Source: Mobula hypostoma (taxonomy: Eukaryota). From it: a stretch of DNA of 64,000 nucleotides. The position numbers and the translations under genes are program-made. The notes under the pieces are model-generated. The model ran no database searches. It had not been told where the DNA came from and saw only the letters and a program-made list of their open reading frames with translations. Location: positions 192,138,001 through 192,202,000 of the forward strand of contig NC_086101.1 in NCBI RefSeq assembly GCF_963921235.1, read 5' to 3'. Positions 12,388-24,103 of the stretch are shown one piece after another; position 1 is the first letter of the stretch, and every line of letters begins with the position of its first letter.

Positions 12388-13337
12388 GTAAGAAACCATT
12401 GACACATTCTGCAGGGTATGGGGAGGGTTTTGGGAGTGCGGGGACGGGGGGAGAAGTGAAGCCTGCTACCATTATCCTTTCTCTAATCAACCCCCACTCC
12501 GGGTTTATCGTCTGCGCCCGAGTGAGATCTGACTGTAGTTCAGACCCGGAAAAGAACCTGTCGCCACATTCAAATTCAAGTTTAATTGTCAATCAGCCAC
12601 ACATGCATACAGCACAACAAAACAGAGTTTCTCCAGGGACAAGGTGTAAAGCAGAGTAGCAACAGCACACAGTACACATCGTTACGATAGCAGAAAAGCA
12701 TACAGTCACAAAAACACATAATATAGCCCAAGTTCCTGAGTGTTCTGGCTTGTAGCTTGATGGCAGATTGGATATTGTCCTGGTCCAGCTTGTCTCTCAC
12801 TAAGTGAACACTGGAGGGCAGCACTGAGCAACAGAGGAAGGCAGCACCAATGGGAGGGGCCTGCCCCCCACCCACTACGGACTCCAGCACGTCCACAGAG
12901 GCCTTTGCTCTCTCCCACAACATCTCGGCATCTTCTGCAGTGTTCAGGGATGGATCGGGATCTCCAGCACCCGTTGTATTATGTGTCCAGACGCCGGGAC
13001 TGAGTGTTATGTCAGCCACTCCCAGCCTCGGCTGGTGATGAGTTCCGTTTCCCCACCATATCTCCATCTCAGATGGTCCTTCACACAGGGTGGCCCCCAG
13101 ACCTTCAACGGGCCCCCGGTCGGGGCCTTGCCTGAGCCTGGGAGGAATGAGTGGATTCTAATGGAGGATCAGGAAGCTTCCCAGAGAAGACACACACTCA
13201 ACGTTTCAGGAAGAGCTTCTTCCTTTGTGCCGTCAGGTTTCTGAATGGACAGTCAGAAAGTGAGGACCAGCAACTTTGTCTCCTTTTTTCTCTCTTTTTT
13301 CACTACCTATTTAATGTAAAATTACACACGTAGGTAT

Positions 13338-16300
13338 ACAGAAACATGGAAAAAAACAGAAAAACTTACAGCACAATACAGACCCTCCAGCCCACAAAGC
13401 TGTGCTGAACATGTCCTTGCCTTAGAAATTACCTCAGGTTACCCATGGCCCTCTATTTTTCTAAGCTCCATGTACCCATCCAGGAGTCTCTTAAAAGACC
13501 CTATCGTTTCCAACACCACCACCGTCGCTGGGAGCCCATTCCACGCACTCACCATTCTCTGCATAAAAAACTTATCTCCAACATCTCCTCGGTTCCTACA
13601 ATGCTCCTTAAAAACTGTGCCCTCCCATGTTAGCCATTTCAGCCCTGGGAAAAAGTTTCTGACTATCCACACGATCAATGCCTCTCATCATCTTCAACAC
13701 CTCTATCAGGTCACCTCTCATCCTCCGTCGCTCCAAGGAGAAAAGGCCGAGTTCACTCAACCTTTTCTCATAAGGTATGCTCCCCAATCCAGGCAACATC
13801 TTTGTAAATCTCCTCTGCACCCTTTCTATAGTTTCCATATCCTTTCTGCAGTGAGGTGACCAGAAATGAGCACAGTACTCTAAGTGGGGTCTGACCTGAG
13901 TCCTATATAGTAGTAACATTACCTCTCGGCTCTTGAACTCAATCTTCATGGGGATCATTCTGGAATATAACATATAATCAGGATGTTAGTCGTAAGAGGA
14001 TCGTGCAGATTATAAATACCCTTTGTTACTAACTACAAAGTAATCCCATATTTAATAAGCCAATACACTGTATGTCTTCTTAACCACACAGTTCTCCTGT
14101 GCAGCAGCTTTGAGTGTCCTCTGGACTCGGACCCCAAGATCCCTCTGATCCTCCACATTGCCAAGAGTCTTACCATAAATACTATATCTTGCCATTATAT
14201 TTGACCTACCAAAATGAACCACCTCACAATTATCTAGGTTGAACTCCATATGTCACTTCTCAGCCCATTTTTGCATCCTATCAATGTCCCGTTGTAACCT
14301 CTAACAGCCCTCCACACTATCCACAACACCTCCAACCTTTGTGTCATCAGCAAATTTACGAACACATCCCCCCACTTCCTCATACCGGTCATTTTTAAAA
14401 ATCACGAAGAGTAAGGGTCCCAGAACAGATCCCTGAGGCACACCACTGGTCACCAACCTCCATGCAGAATATGACCTGTCTGCAACCACTCTTTACCTTC
14501 TGTGGCAAGCCAGTTCTGGAACCACAAAGCAATGTCCCCCTGGATTCCATGCCTCCTGACTTTCTCAATAAGCCTAGCATGGGGCACCTTATCAAATGCC
14601 TTGCTGAAATCCATACACACTATGTCTGCTGGTCTACCTTCATCAATGTGTTTAGTCACATCCTCAGAAAATTCAATCAGGCTCGTAAGGCATGACCTGC
14701 CTTTGACAAAGCCATGCTGACTATTCCTAACCATATTATGCCTCTCCAAATGTTCATAAATCCTGCCTCTCAGGATCTTCTCCATCAACTTTCCAACCAC
14801 TGAAGTAAGACTCACTGGTCTATAATTTCCTTTGCTATCTCTACTCCCTTTCGTGAATAAGGGAGCAACATCTGCAAACCTCCAGTCCTCTGGAATCTCT
14901 CCCATTTATAATGCAAAGATCATTGCCAGAGGCTCAGCAATCTCCTCTCTCGCCTCCCACAGAGCTGGGGGTATATCTCGTCTGGTCCCAGTGACTTATC
15001 CAATTTGATGCTTTCCAAAAGCTCCAGCACATTCCATTTCTTAATGTCTATATATTCAAGCTTTTCAGTCCGCCATAAGTCATCCCTACAATTGTCAAGG
15101 TCCTTTTTTGTAGCAACGTATTCATTGAGTATCTCTGCTATATCCTTTGGTTCCGTACATACTTTTCCACTGTCACACTTGATTGGTCCTATTCTCTCAT
15201 GTCTTATCCTCTTACTCTTCACATACTTGTAGAATGCCTTGCGATTGTCCTTAATCCTGCTCGCCAAGGCCTTCTCATGGCCCCTTCTGGCTCTCTTAAT
15301 TTCATTCCTAAACTGCTTCCTGATAGCCTTATAATCTTCTGGATCTCTATCATTGCCTAGTTTTTTGAACCTCTTGTAAGCTCTTCTTTTCTTCTTGAAC
15401 AGATTTTCTGCAGCCTTTGTACACGACGGTTCCTGTACCCTAGCATCCTTTCCCTGTCTCACTGGAGTACCTATGTAGAACGCCATGCAACTATCCCCCA
15501 AACATTTGCCAAATGTCTGCCATACATTTCCCTGAGAACATCTGCTCCCAATTTATACCTTCAAGTTCGACCTGATTGCTTCATATTTCCTCTTACTCCA
15601 ATTAAATATTTTCCCAACCTATCTGTTCCTACCCACTCTCCAATGCTATGGTAAAAGAGATAGAATTGTGATCACTATCTCCAAAATGCTCTCCCACTGA
15701 GAGATCTGACTCCTGACCAGGTTCATTTCCCAATACCAGATCAAGTACAGCCTCTCCTTTTGTAGGCTTATCTACATATTGTGTCAGAAAACCTTCCTGA
15801 ACACACCTAACAAACTCCACCCCATCTAAACCCCTTGCTCTTGGGAGTTGCCAATCAATATTTGGGAAATTAAAATCTCGCACCACGACAAACCTGTTAT
15901 TATTACACCTTTCCAGAATCTGTCTCCCTGTCTGCTCCTTGATGTCCCTGTTACTATTGGGTGGTCTATAAAAACTCCCAGTAGAATTATTGACCCCTTC
16001 CTGTTCCTAACTTCCACCCACAGAGACTCCGTAGACAATCCCTCCGTGTCTTCCTCTCTTTCTATGACGGTGATACTATCTCTGATCAACAGTGCCACAA
16101 CCCCACCTCTTTTGCCTCCCTCTCTGTCCTTTCTGAAACATCTAAAACCTAGCACTTTAAGCCATTCCTTCCCTGAGCCATCCAAGTCTCTGTAATGGCC
16201 ACAATATCATATCTCCAAGTACTCATTCACCCTCTAAGCTCATCGGCTTTGTTCATGATACTCTTTGCATTAAATAGACAGATCTCAAACCATTGGTCTG

Positions 16301-17267
16301 AGCACATCCCTTCTCTATCACCTGCCTATCCTCCCTCACATACTGTCTCCAAACTTTCTCTATTTGTGAGCCAACCGCCTCTTCCTCCATCTCTTTAGTT
16401 TGGTTCCCACCCCTCAACAATTCTAGTTTAAACTCTCCCCAGTAGCCTTAGCAAACCTCCCCAGCAGGATATTGGTCCCCCTCAGATTCAAGTGCAACCC
16501 GTCCTTTTTGTAAAGGGTCACACCTGCCCCAAAAGAGGTCCCAATGATCCAGAAATCCTAATCCCTGCCCCCTGCTCCAATCCCTCAGCTACACATTTAT
16601 CCTCCACCTCATTCTATTCCTATACTCACTGTCACATGGCACAGGCAGTAATCCCGAGATTACTACCCTTGATCCTGCTTCTCAACTTCCTTACTAACTC
16701 CCTGTAGTATCTTTTCAGGACCTCTTCTCTTTTCCTACCTATGTCATTGGTCCCGCTCTGTACCACGACCTCTGGCTGTTCTCCCTCCCACTGCAGGATA
16801 TTGTGGACGCGATCAGAAACATCCTGGACCCTGGCACCTGGGAGGCAAACTACTATTGTGATCCTTTCTCACGTCCACAGAATCGTCTGTCTGACTCTCT
16901 AACTATAGAGTCCCCTATTACTGCTGCCAGTCTCTTCCTTTCCCTACTCCTCTGAGCCACAGGGCCAGACTCTGTGCCAGAGGTGTGGCCACTGTTGCTT
17001 CCCCCAGGTAGGCTGTCCCCCCAACAGTACTCAAACAGGAGTACTTATTGTTAAGAGGGACAGTCACAGGGGTACTCTCTAATATCTGACTCTTGCCCTT
17101 CCCTTTCCTGACTGTTACCCACATATCTAACTCCCGAGGCCCCGGTGTGATTGCCTGCCTATAGCTCCTCTGTATCACCTCCTCACTCTCCCTGAACAGA
17201 CGAAGGTCATCGAGATGCATCTCCAGTTCCCTAACCCGGTCCCTAAGGAGCTGAAGCTCGACACACC
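13338..17267 (-). mobile_element. Degenerate CR1 LINE, 3' tail to ORF1, cut at 17267 by the Gypsy LTR
   Basis: Minus-strand ORF fragments 13439-16185 (RT, APE) and 16918-17220 (ORF1). Confidence 0.92.
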
Positions 17268-17387
17268 TGTAAGGGGTTTATTTTTTTTATGTCACTGCAT
17301 AGTCTAATTAAAATGGCTTCTTTGTTAAGTTATAATTGAAAGGGCTTCTTTGTTATGTTAACTGCTGAGACAGTCCTTCCGCTAACA

Positions 17388-19613
17388 ACACACATCAAAG
17401 TTGCTGGTGAACACAGCAGACCAGGCAGCATCTCTAGGAAGAGGTACAGTCGACGTTTCAGACCGAGACCCTTCGTCAGGACTAACTGAAGGAAGAGTGA
17501 GTAAGAGATTTGAAAGTTGGAGGGGGAGGGGGAGATCCAAAATGATAGGAGAAGACAGGAGGGGGAGGGATGGAGCCAAGAGCTGGACAGGTGATAGGCA
17601 AAAGGGATACGAGAGGATCATGGGACAGGAGGTCCAGGAAGAAAGACAAGCGGGGGGGGGGGAACCCAGAGGATGGGCAAGGGGTATATTCAGAGGGACA
17701 GAGGGAGAAAAAGGAGAGTGAGAGGAAGAATGTGTGTATAAAAATAAGTAACAGATGGGGTACGAGGGGGAGGTGGGGCATTAGCAGAAGTTAGAGAAGT
17801 CGATGTTCATGCCATCAGGTTGAAGGCTACCCAGACGGAATATAAGGTGTTGTTCCTCCAACCTGAGTGTGGCTTCATCTTTACAGTAGAGGAGGCCGTG
17901 GATAGACATGTCAGAATGGGAATGGGATGTGGAATTAAAATGTGTGGCCGCTGGGAGATCCTGCTTTCTCTGGCGGACAGAGCGTAGGTGTTCAGCAAAG
18001 CGGTCTCCCAGTTTGTGTCGGGTCTCGCCAATATATAAAAGGCCACATCGGGAGCACCGGACGCAGTATATCACCCCAGCCGACTCACAGGTGAAGTGTC
18101 GCCTCACCTGGAAGGACTGTTTGGGGCCCTGAATGGTGGTAAGGGAGGAAGTGTAAGGGCATGTGTAGCACTTGTTCCGCTTACACGGATAAGTGCCAGG
18201 AGGGAGATCAGTGGGGAGGGATGGGGGGGACGAATGGACAAGGGAGTCGCGTAGGAAGCGATCCCTGTGGAATGCAGAGAGAGGGGGGGAGGGAAAGATG
18301 TGCTTAGTGGTGGGATCCCGTTGGAGGTGGCGGAAGTTACGGAGAATAATATGTTGGACCCAGAGGCTGGTGGGGTGGTAGGTGAGGACCAGGGGAACCC
18401 TATTCCTAGTAGGGTGGCGGGAGGATGGAGTGAGAGCAGATGTATGTGAAATGGGGGAGATGCGTTTAAGAGCAGAGTTGATAGTGGAGGAAGGGAAGCC
18501 CATTTCTTTAAAAAAGGAGGACATCTCCCTCGTCCTAGAATGAAAAATCTCATCAGAGCAGATGCGGCAGAGACGGAGGAATTGTGAGTGGGGGATGGCG
18601 TTTTTGCAAGAGACAGGGACCCTCCACCTCCTTCCGCCACCTCCAACGGGATCTCACCACTAAGCACATCTTCTCCCCCCCCCACTCTCTGCTTTCCGCA
18701 GGGATCACTCCCTACGCGACTCCCTTGTCCATTCGTCCCCCCCCCATCCTCCCCCACCGATCTCCCTCCTGGCACTTACCCGTGTAAGCGGAACAAGTGC
18801 TACACATTCCCTTACACTTCCTCCCTTACCACCATTCAGGGCCCCAGACAGTCCTTCCAGGTGAGGCGACACTTCACCTGTGAGTCGGCTGGGGTTATAT
18901 ACTGTGTCTGGTGCTCCCGATGTGGCCTTTTATATATCGGCGAGACCCGATGCAGACTGGAAGAGTGCTTTGCTGAACACCTACGCTCTGTCCGCCAGAG
19001 AAAGCAGGATCTCCCAGTGGCCACACATTTCAATTCCACATCCCATTCCCATTCTGACATGTCTATCCATGGCCTCCTCTACCGTAAAGATGAAGCCACA
19101 CTCAGGTTGGACGAACAACACCATATATTCCATCGGGGTAGCCTCCAACCTGATGGCATGAACATCGACTTCTCTAACTCCCGCTAATGCCCCACCTCCC
19201 CCTCGTACCCCATCTGTTACTTATTTTTATACACACATTCTTTCTCTCACTCTCCTTTTTCTCCCTCTGTCCATCTGAATATACCCCTTGCCCATCCTCT
19301 GGGTCCCCACCCCCTCCTTGTCTTTCTCCCCGGACCTCCTGTCCCATGATCCTCTCGTATCCCTTTTGCCAATCACCTGTCCAGCTCTTGGCTCTATCCC
19401 TCCCCCTCCTGTCTTGTCCTATCATTTTGGATCTCTCCCTCCCCCTCCAACTTTCAAATCTCTTACTCACTCTTCCTTCAGTTAGTCCTGACAAAGGGTC
19501 TCGGCCTGAAACGTCAACTGTACCTCTTCCTAGAGATGCTGCCTGGCCTGCTGCATTCACCAGCAACTTTGATGTGTTGCTTGAATTTCCAGCATCTGCA
19601 GAATTCCTGTTGT
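17388..19613. mobile_element. Penelope-like element, two GIY-YIG-containing arms in inverted orientation
   Basis: GIY-YIG motif (VIYC..C..CGLLYIGET) in ORF 17781-18524 (-) and ORF 18588-19187 (+); 14-bp duplication TCCT(T/C)CCGCTAACA at 17374-17387 and 19614-19627, single in the second LTR. Confidence 0.93.
17448..17483 (-). ncRNA. Minimal type I hammerhead ribozyme motif
   Basis: Minus strand reads AGTC-CTGACGA-agggtctcggtct-GAAA-CGTC-GACT: intact core, stem I AGUC/GACU, palindromic ACGU helix III. Confidence 0.75.
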
Positions 19614-20209
19614 TCCTCCCGCTAACAGTTTGTTTAGATCACGTTACTGATAAGAAGATGTTATGAACCAATTGGGATAGTTGTTATGCTTTTGGTGTGT
19701 CTGTAAGATATTGTATGCGCGGGATTTTGGGGCAAAAGGCGAGAGAGACAGACAGAGGGTGGACCAGGTGTTGTGAGTCTGCTAATGGGGTCGGACCCCG
19801 AGCGGGGCATTTGGTGAGGAGAGGAGACGGAGACTGACTCGTGTGGAGCGTCTGGTCGACCGTTGTTGGTCCCAGGTGGCCGGTCAAGGTGGTTCGAGGG
19901 GTCGCAGGGTGAAGAAGAAGGGTCCTGAGCTCCAACTGTTTGTGCACGAGGAGATTGAACTTTGATTTATTTTCTTTTATTTTCTTTTTATATTTTATTC
20001 TCTATTAATTATATAGTTCCAGTAATATCTATAAACTGCAAATCATTTAATTGTATCTGGTGTATTGTCTGTTATTTGGGCGGGGTGGGGTACATCACAC
20101 AGCATCCACACAAACTAATTACCCAGTTTGGCGGGGCCGAGGGCTGTTTCCCTAGACGACAGCGAGCTGAGCGACCCTTAGGCTGGTCGGGAGGAGGGGG
20201 GCTACATTG

Positions 20210-20227
20210 TGGGGGCTCGTCCGGGAT
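20210..20227 (+). promoter_or_regulatory. Primer-binding site complementary to the 3' end of tRNA-Pro
   Basis: TGGGGGCTCGTCCGGGAT begins 4 nt after the LTR end; identical to the MLV-type tRNA-Pro PBS as I recall it. Confidence 0.9.
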
Positions 20228-20289
20228 TGGTTCTACTGGTATGCTGTGTGGTTGCCCTGTTTAAATCCGTAATGTGTGTTTCTGTGGGT

Positions 20290-21155
20290 TATTTGCTGGT
20301 TATTGCTGCATGCATGTTGGGTGAGGTCTTTGTTCGAGTTCAGACTAGCATCGACGAGTTGGAGGTGGCACTAGGGGCTGTCCATGCTGTTGGGAGAGAG
20401 AGGAAAGAGTGGTCTGATTTGGAGGTAGTGTCTGCGAATAAATGTTCTAGCTCTGGCAGGCTCCATCTGGCGTTTGGGATAGTGTCCACCCCAAGAGGGG
20501 CGGAGACGTGTGAGATGTGGGCGGAGCGGATCTCTCAGTTGTTAGATGAGTGGCAGTGCTCAGTTGAGGGACAGCGACAGGGATTGATTGAAAGTTTGAG
20601 TAGGCGGGCTGGTGATGGTGTTACTGTCAGGTTCACTTACACCGTGGTGACAGCTGTCAGTTACTTGAAAGAGGGGGGAATGTTTTCAGTGTGTCTTCTC
20701 TGGCTGGGAGGGTGGCTAAATTGCCTGCAGTACCAGGGGGATCATTTCTGGGGATCAGCCCCTCCCTCAGTTGTTCAGCTGCTCAGAGAGGTGTCGGGAA
20801 ACTTAGTGGAGGCCCAGTGGGGGAGCGGCTTGGGGTCCCTGAGGAAACACGTTCCCAGCAATGTATCGATGAACTTCCGAAAGGAAAGGACCCTATTCCT
20901 GAAGGCTTAGAGGGACCACGTCCCAGGGTGTCGTTACGGATAGAGGGAAGCGATGCTAAAGCCATCCTCGACCCCGGGGCGCAGGTCATGTTGTTGTACA
21001 GTTCATTTTACAACCGGTGTCTGAAGCATTTACCCTTGACAACTGCAAGGGCACTGGAGATTTGGGGTACCAGTGCCAGTAGTTATCCAGAAGACGATGA
21101 TTGGTTAATGACCCTGGAGTTCATGGGGGCATTGTCTGGGCACCCAGCGTGTTGA
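20290..21155 (+). pseudogene. Decayed PNMA-like gag and aspartic protease of the Gypsy element
   Basis: [15 protein letters not shown]...RQGLIESL (capsid-like); VSLRIEGSDAKAILDPGAQVMLLYSSFY (D-T-G replaced by D-P-G). Confidence 0.8.
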
Positions 21156-21384
21156 GTTGCTTCTGAGGACGTGTGTAGCAGCCTTGAGCCGGTACCGAAT
21201 TTAAGCGAGACCCAGCGGTGGTACGGCCTGGGGAAAGGAGCTGAGGGTGAGACCCTCTTAGTAGATGCTCCGAACTACCACAAGGGAGGGGAGTTGACCG
21301 CTGAAGACACCTCAGTGAGAGAGAGGTCACGGCAACTGGACTCTAGCGGTGTGGAAGATGAAGGCAGTGTGTGTGTGGATTATG

Positions 21385-21900
21385 CGATGTGGTTTAATGT
21401 GCTGGATCTGAGGAGTGGATGCTGCTGTTGTGTGCTGGGGCAGCAGGCTGAGGGTAGCAGACACCAACAGAATCAAGAAACTCATTCGTAGGACCAGTGA
21501 TGTTGTGGGGATGGAACTGGACTCTCTGATGGTGGTGTCTGAAAAGAGGATGCGGTCCAAGTTGCATGCCATCTTGGACAATGTCTCCCATCCACTACAT
21601 AATGGACTGGCTGGGCACAGGAGTACATTCAGCCAGAGACTCATTCCACCGAGATGCAACACAAGAGTGTCATAGGAAGTCATTCCTGCCTGTGGCCATC
21701 AAACTTTACAACTCCTCCCTTGGAGGGTCAGACACCCTGAGCCAATAGGCTGGTCCTGGACTTATTTCCTGGCATAATTTACATATTAGTATTTAACTAT
21801 TTATGGTTTTATTACTATTTAATTATTTAAGGTGCAACTGTAACAAAAACCAATTTCCCCGGGATTAATAATGTATGACTATGACTACTATGACCACTAT
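21385..21900 (+). mobile_element. Rex1/L2-clade LINE 3' fragment with (ATGACT)n tail, inside the Gypsy element
   Basis: SHPLH...RSTFSQRLIPPRC...RKSFLPVAIKLYN C-terminus; the same family appears in reverse at about 49965-50225. Confidence 0.75.
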
Positions 21901-21959
21901 ACCAGATCCCGAGGAGTGCGGCTGTTGAGCTAAAGACAGCTGTTATTAGTTCCCTAGGA

Positions 21960-22085
21960 TTCTTCCGATCCGAAAAGATGCCCAAGGGCATATCCGGAGC
22001 CCCTGCATCCTTTCCGCGGGGCATGAAGAAGACCATGGGGGAAGTGAAGGTGTGTGGAGTTTTGGCGTATGTGGATGACTGCCTA
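21960..22085 (+). pseudogene. Gypsy reverse-transcriptase fragment ending just after YVDD
   Basis: Translates ...KMPKGISGAPASF...MKKTMGEVKVCGVLAYVDD. Confidence 0.8.
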
Positions 22086-22187
22086 GAGCTTGGATTCGCC
22101 TGGGGGGACTATGAGGCAAGGCGAGTGGCTGAGCCTGGGCGACAGAAGTGAAGTGTCAAATGTGGAGGAGTTTTTGGCCAGAGGAGT

Positions 22188-23222
22188 TTGGTGCAATGTG
22201 AGAAAATTGACCCGACACACCAGTTGAACTTCCTGGTGTTGGAACAGACGATGGTGGACCTGGGGATGGAAACCCAGGTCGTCAATCTGAATGAGACACA
22301 GGGGAGAGAGGGGATTTGCACCACTGAACTGAGTGCTCAGAAATGCCGGCCGGAGACTGAGTGCCGCACGTGTGGGTCGACCATTGCAGACTTGGAATTC
22401 ACGCTCATCAACGTGGAGAAGGAGCAACGGAATTCCAAGCCAACACTGTGGTCATGTACTGATGAATTAATCCAGCCAGAAGAAACAATGACCCACCTTC
22501 GAAGGGATCAGCAGAAACTCAAGACGTCGATCCAGAAAAGATTGGAAGATTTACAAGTTGGGGAAGATCAAGGAAGTGTTCTGACTCAGGCCAACAGAAA
22601 ACCGAGAGCCCAGGGAGGGGAGTATGACTACACTCCCGAGGAGGTGAAGAAGTGGAGGACAGATCTCAGAAAAGGGAGGCGGACGCTTGAAAGGAACTTG
22701 AAAACAACTTTCGACAGTTCAAATGAAGTGGAAAAACTGGAAGTTGACCTGGAAGACAACATCAGGAAGAAACAACCGGAGGCTGACCACCCTTTAACTG
22801 CTGCTTTTCAGGTCAGGGTGGAAGAAGCTGGTGGGGTAACTGCGTCCCAGATTGAGATGGCCAGGAACCCTGAGTCAGAACGGCTGAGGCTGTGGCGAGA
22901 GTTGAAGGAGTCCCTGAAGAAGCTGACGTCTCGACTGCAGGAGGTTGAAGGGGTAGCCCCGGCTAAATGTTTCAGTTTGGAGAAACTCAAACAGCAGCTA
23001 CCGAGCGAGGGAATGAGGAAGAATACGGATTCGAAGGATGATGTGCTTGACATGTGGTACATGCTGCCTTTCACTAACTTCCCCGTCATTGAGGAAGAGA
23101 CCCTTGGCCCTTCTCCCACTGAGTCAGGTGTAGTGGGGAGGGCTAGCTGTGGGCAGTCTGAGTTATGGCAGGACCAGGAAGGAAAAGAAGCGGGGCCCCG
23201 AACGCAGGACAGGGGGCTCTGA
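22188..23222 (+). CDS. 344-codon ORF in the Gypsy element, derived from the myosin-II heavy-chain rod (S2/hinge), intron-less
   Basis: Motifs IADLEFTLINVEKE, LEDLQVGED, KKWRTDL..GRRTLERNLK and EEAGGVTASQIEM parallel sarcomeric MYH IDDLELTLAKVEKE, LDDLQAEED, KKVRMDL..AKRKLEGDLK and EEAGGATSVQIEM (recalled). The start is TTG; the first ATG is at codon 22. Translation is unproven. Confidence 0.8.
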   Translation: MVQCEKIDPTHQLNFLVLEQTMVDLGMETQVVNLNETQGREGICTTELSAQKCRPETECRTCGSTIADLEFTLINVEKEQRNSKPTLWSCTDELIQPEETMTHLRRDQQKLKTSIQKRLEDLQVGEDQGSVLTQANRKPRAQGGEYDYTPEEVKKWRTDLRKGRRTLERNLKTTFDSSNEVEKLEVDLEDNIRKKQPEADHPLTAAFQVRVEEAGGVTASQIEMARNPESERLRLWRELKESLKKLTSRLQEVEGVAPAKCFSLEKLKQQLPSEGMRKNTDSKDDVLDMWYMLPFTNFPVIEEETLGPSPTESGVVGRASCGQSELWQDQEGKEAGPRTQDRGL

Positions 23223-24103
23223 GTTGTAATGGTGGCCTGAGTGAGAGGGGAGTTGGCAAGTAGGCCCAAGGTATCCCTAGTAGTGTCTGAGCCTTTAGGG
23301 TTTAGGTGAGGGGGTACGGAGGACTCAGAGGATTAGGAAGCTCTCAGATAGGTTGGCCTATGTAGCGCCCGTGGACGGGAGGAAGGTCCACTGTTTGGGG
23401 AGCAATGTCACTGTGTGTATCTGGATGGGTTTCTGTGTCTGTAGGACTGGTTGGCGAGTTACTTAGAAGTCATGAGGACATGACTTTATTTGGTGGGGGG
23501 AGATTGTAAGGGTTTTTTTTTACGTCACTGTGTAATCTAATTAAAATGGATTCTTTGTTATGTTAACTGCTGAGAAAGTCCTCCCGCTAGCAGTGTGTTT
23601 GGATCACGTTACTGTTAAGAAGATGTTATAAACCAATAGGGATAGTTGTTATGCTTTTGGTGTGTCTGTAAGATATTGTATGCGCGGGGTTTTGGGGAAA
23701 ATGGCGAGAGAAAGAGACAGAGGATGGACCAGGTGCTGTGAGTCTGCTAACGGGGTTGGACCCCAAGCGGGGCATTCGGCAAGGGGAGGAGATGGAGACG
23801 GACTCATGTGGAGCATCTGGTCGACCACCGTTGTTGGTCCCAGGCAGTCTTTCGAGGTGGTCTGAGGGGCAGGGTGAAGAAGAAGGGTCCTGAGCTCCAA
23901 CTGTTTGTGCACGAAGAGATTGAACTTTGATAAGTGTGGCGCCTTTTATTTTCCTTTTATATTTTATTCTCTGTTAATTATATAGTTCCAGTAATATCTA
24001 TAAACTGTAAATCATTTAATTGTATCTGGTGTATTGTCTGTTATTTGGGTGGGGTGAGGTACATCACACAGCATCCACACAAACTAATTACCCGGTTTGG
24101 CGG

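Noticed and set aside
12850-13038. Ser/Thr/Pro-rich stretch as a mucin stalk exon
   Set aside because: No convincing acceptor/donor pair in phase 1-1, and it is deleted in the unit nearest the TM exon.
12582-13067. 161-aa minus-strand ORF repeated at 24641-25126
   Set aside because: Overlaps an interspersed repeat also seen at about 62820-63160, has no recognisable domain, and is largely deleted in unit 3.
12981-13244. 87-aa ORF open in all three duplicated units (also 25040-25303 and 31935-32198)
   Set aside because: TGTG/GTG-type start called by the track, 3' part is a LINE tail, acceptor is weak, and the copies are young enough to stay open by chance.
22188-23222. The Gypsy extra ORF as an env gene
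   Set aside because: No signal peptide, furin site or TM segment; the motif matches point to the myosin rod instead.
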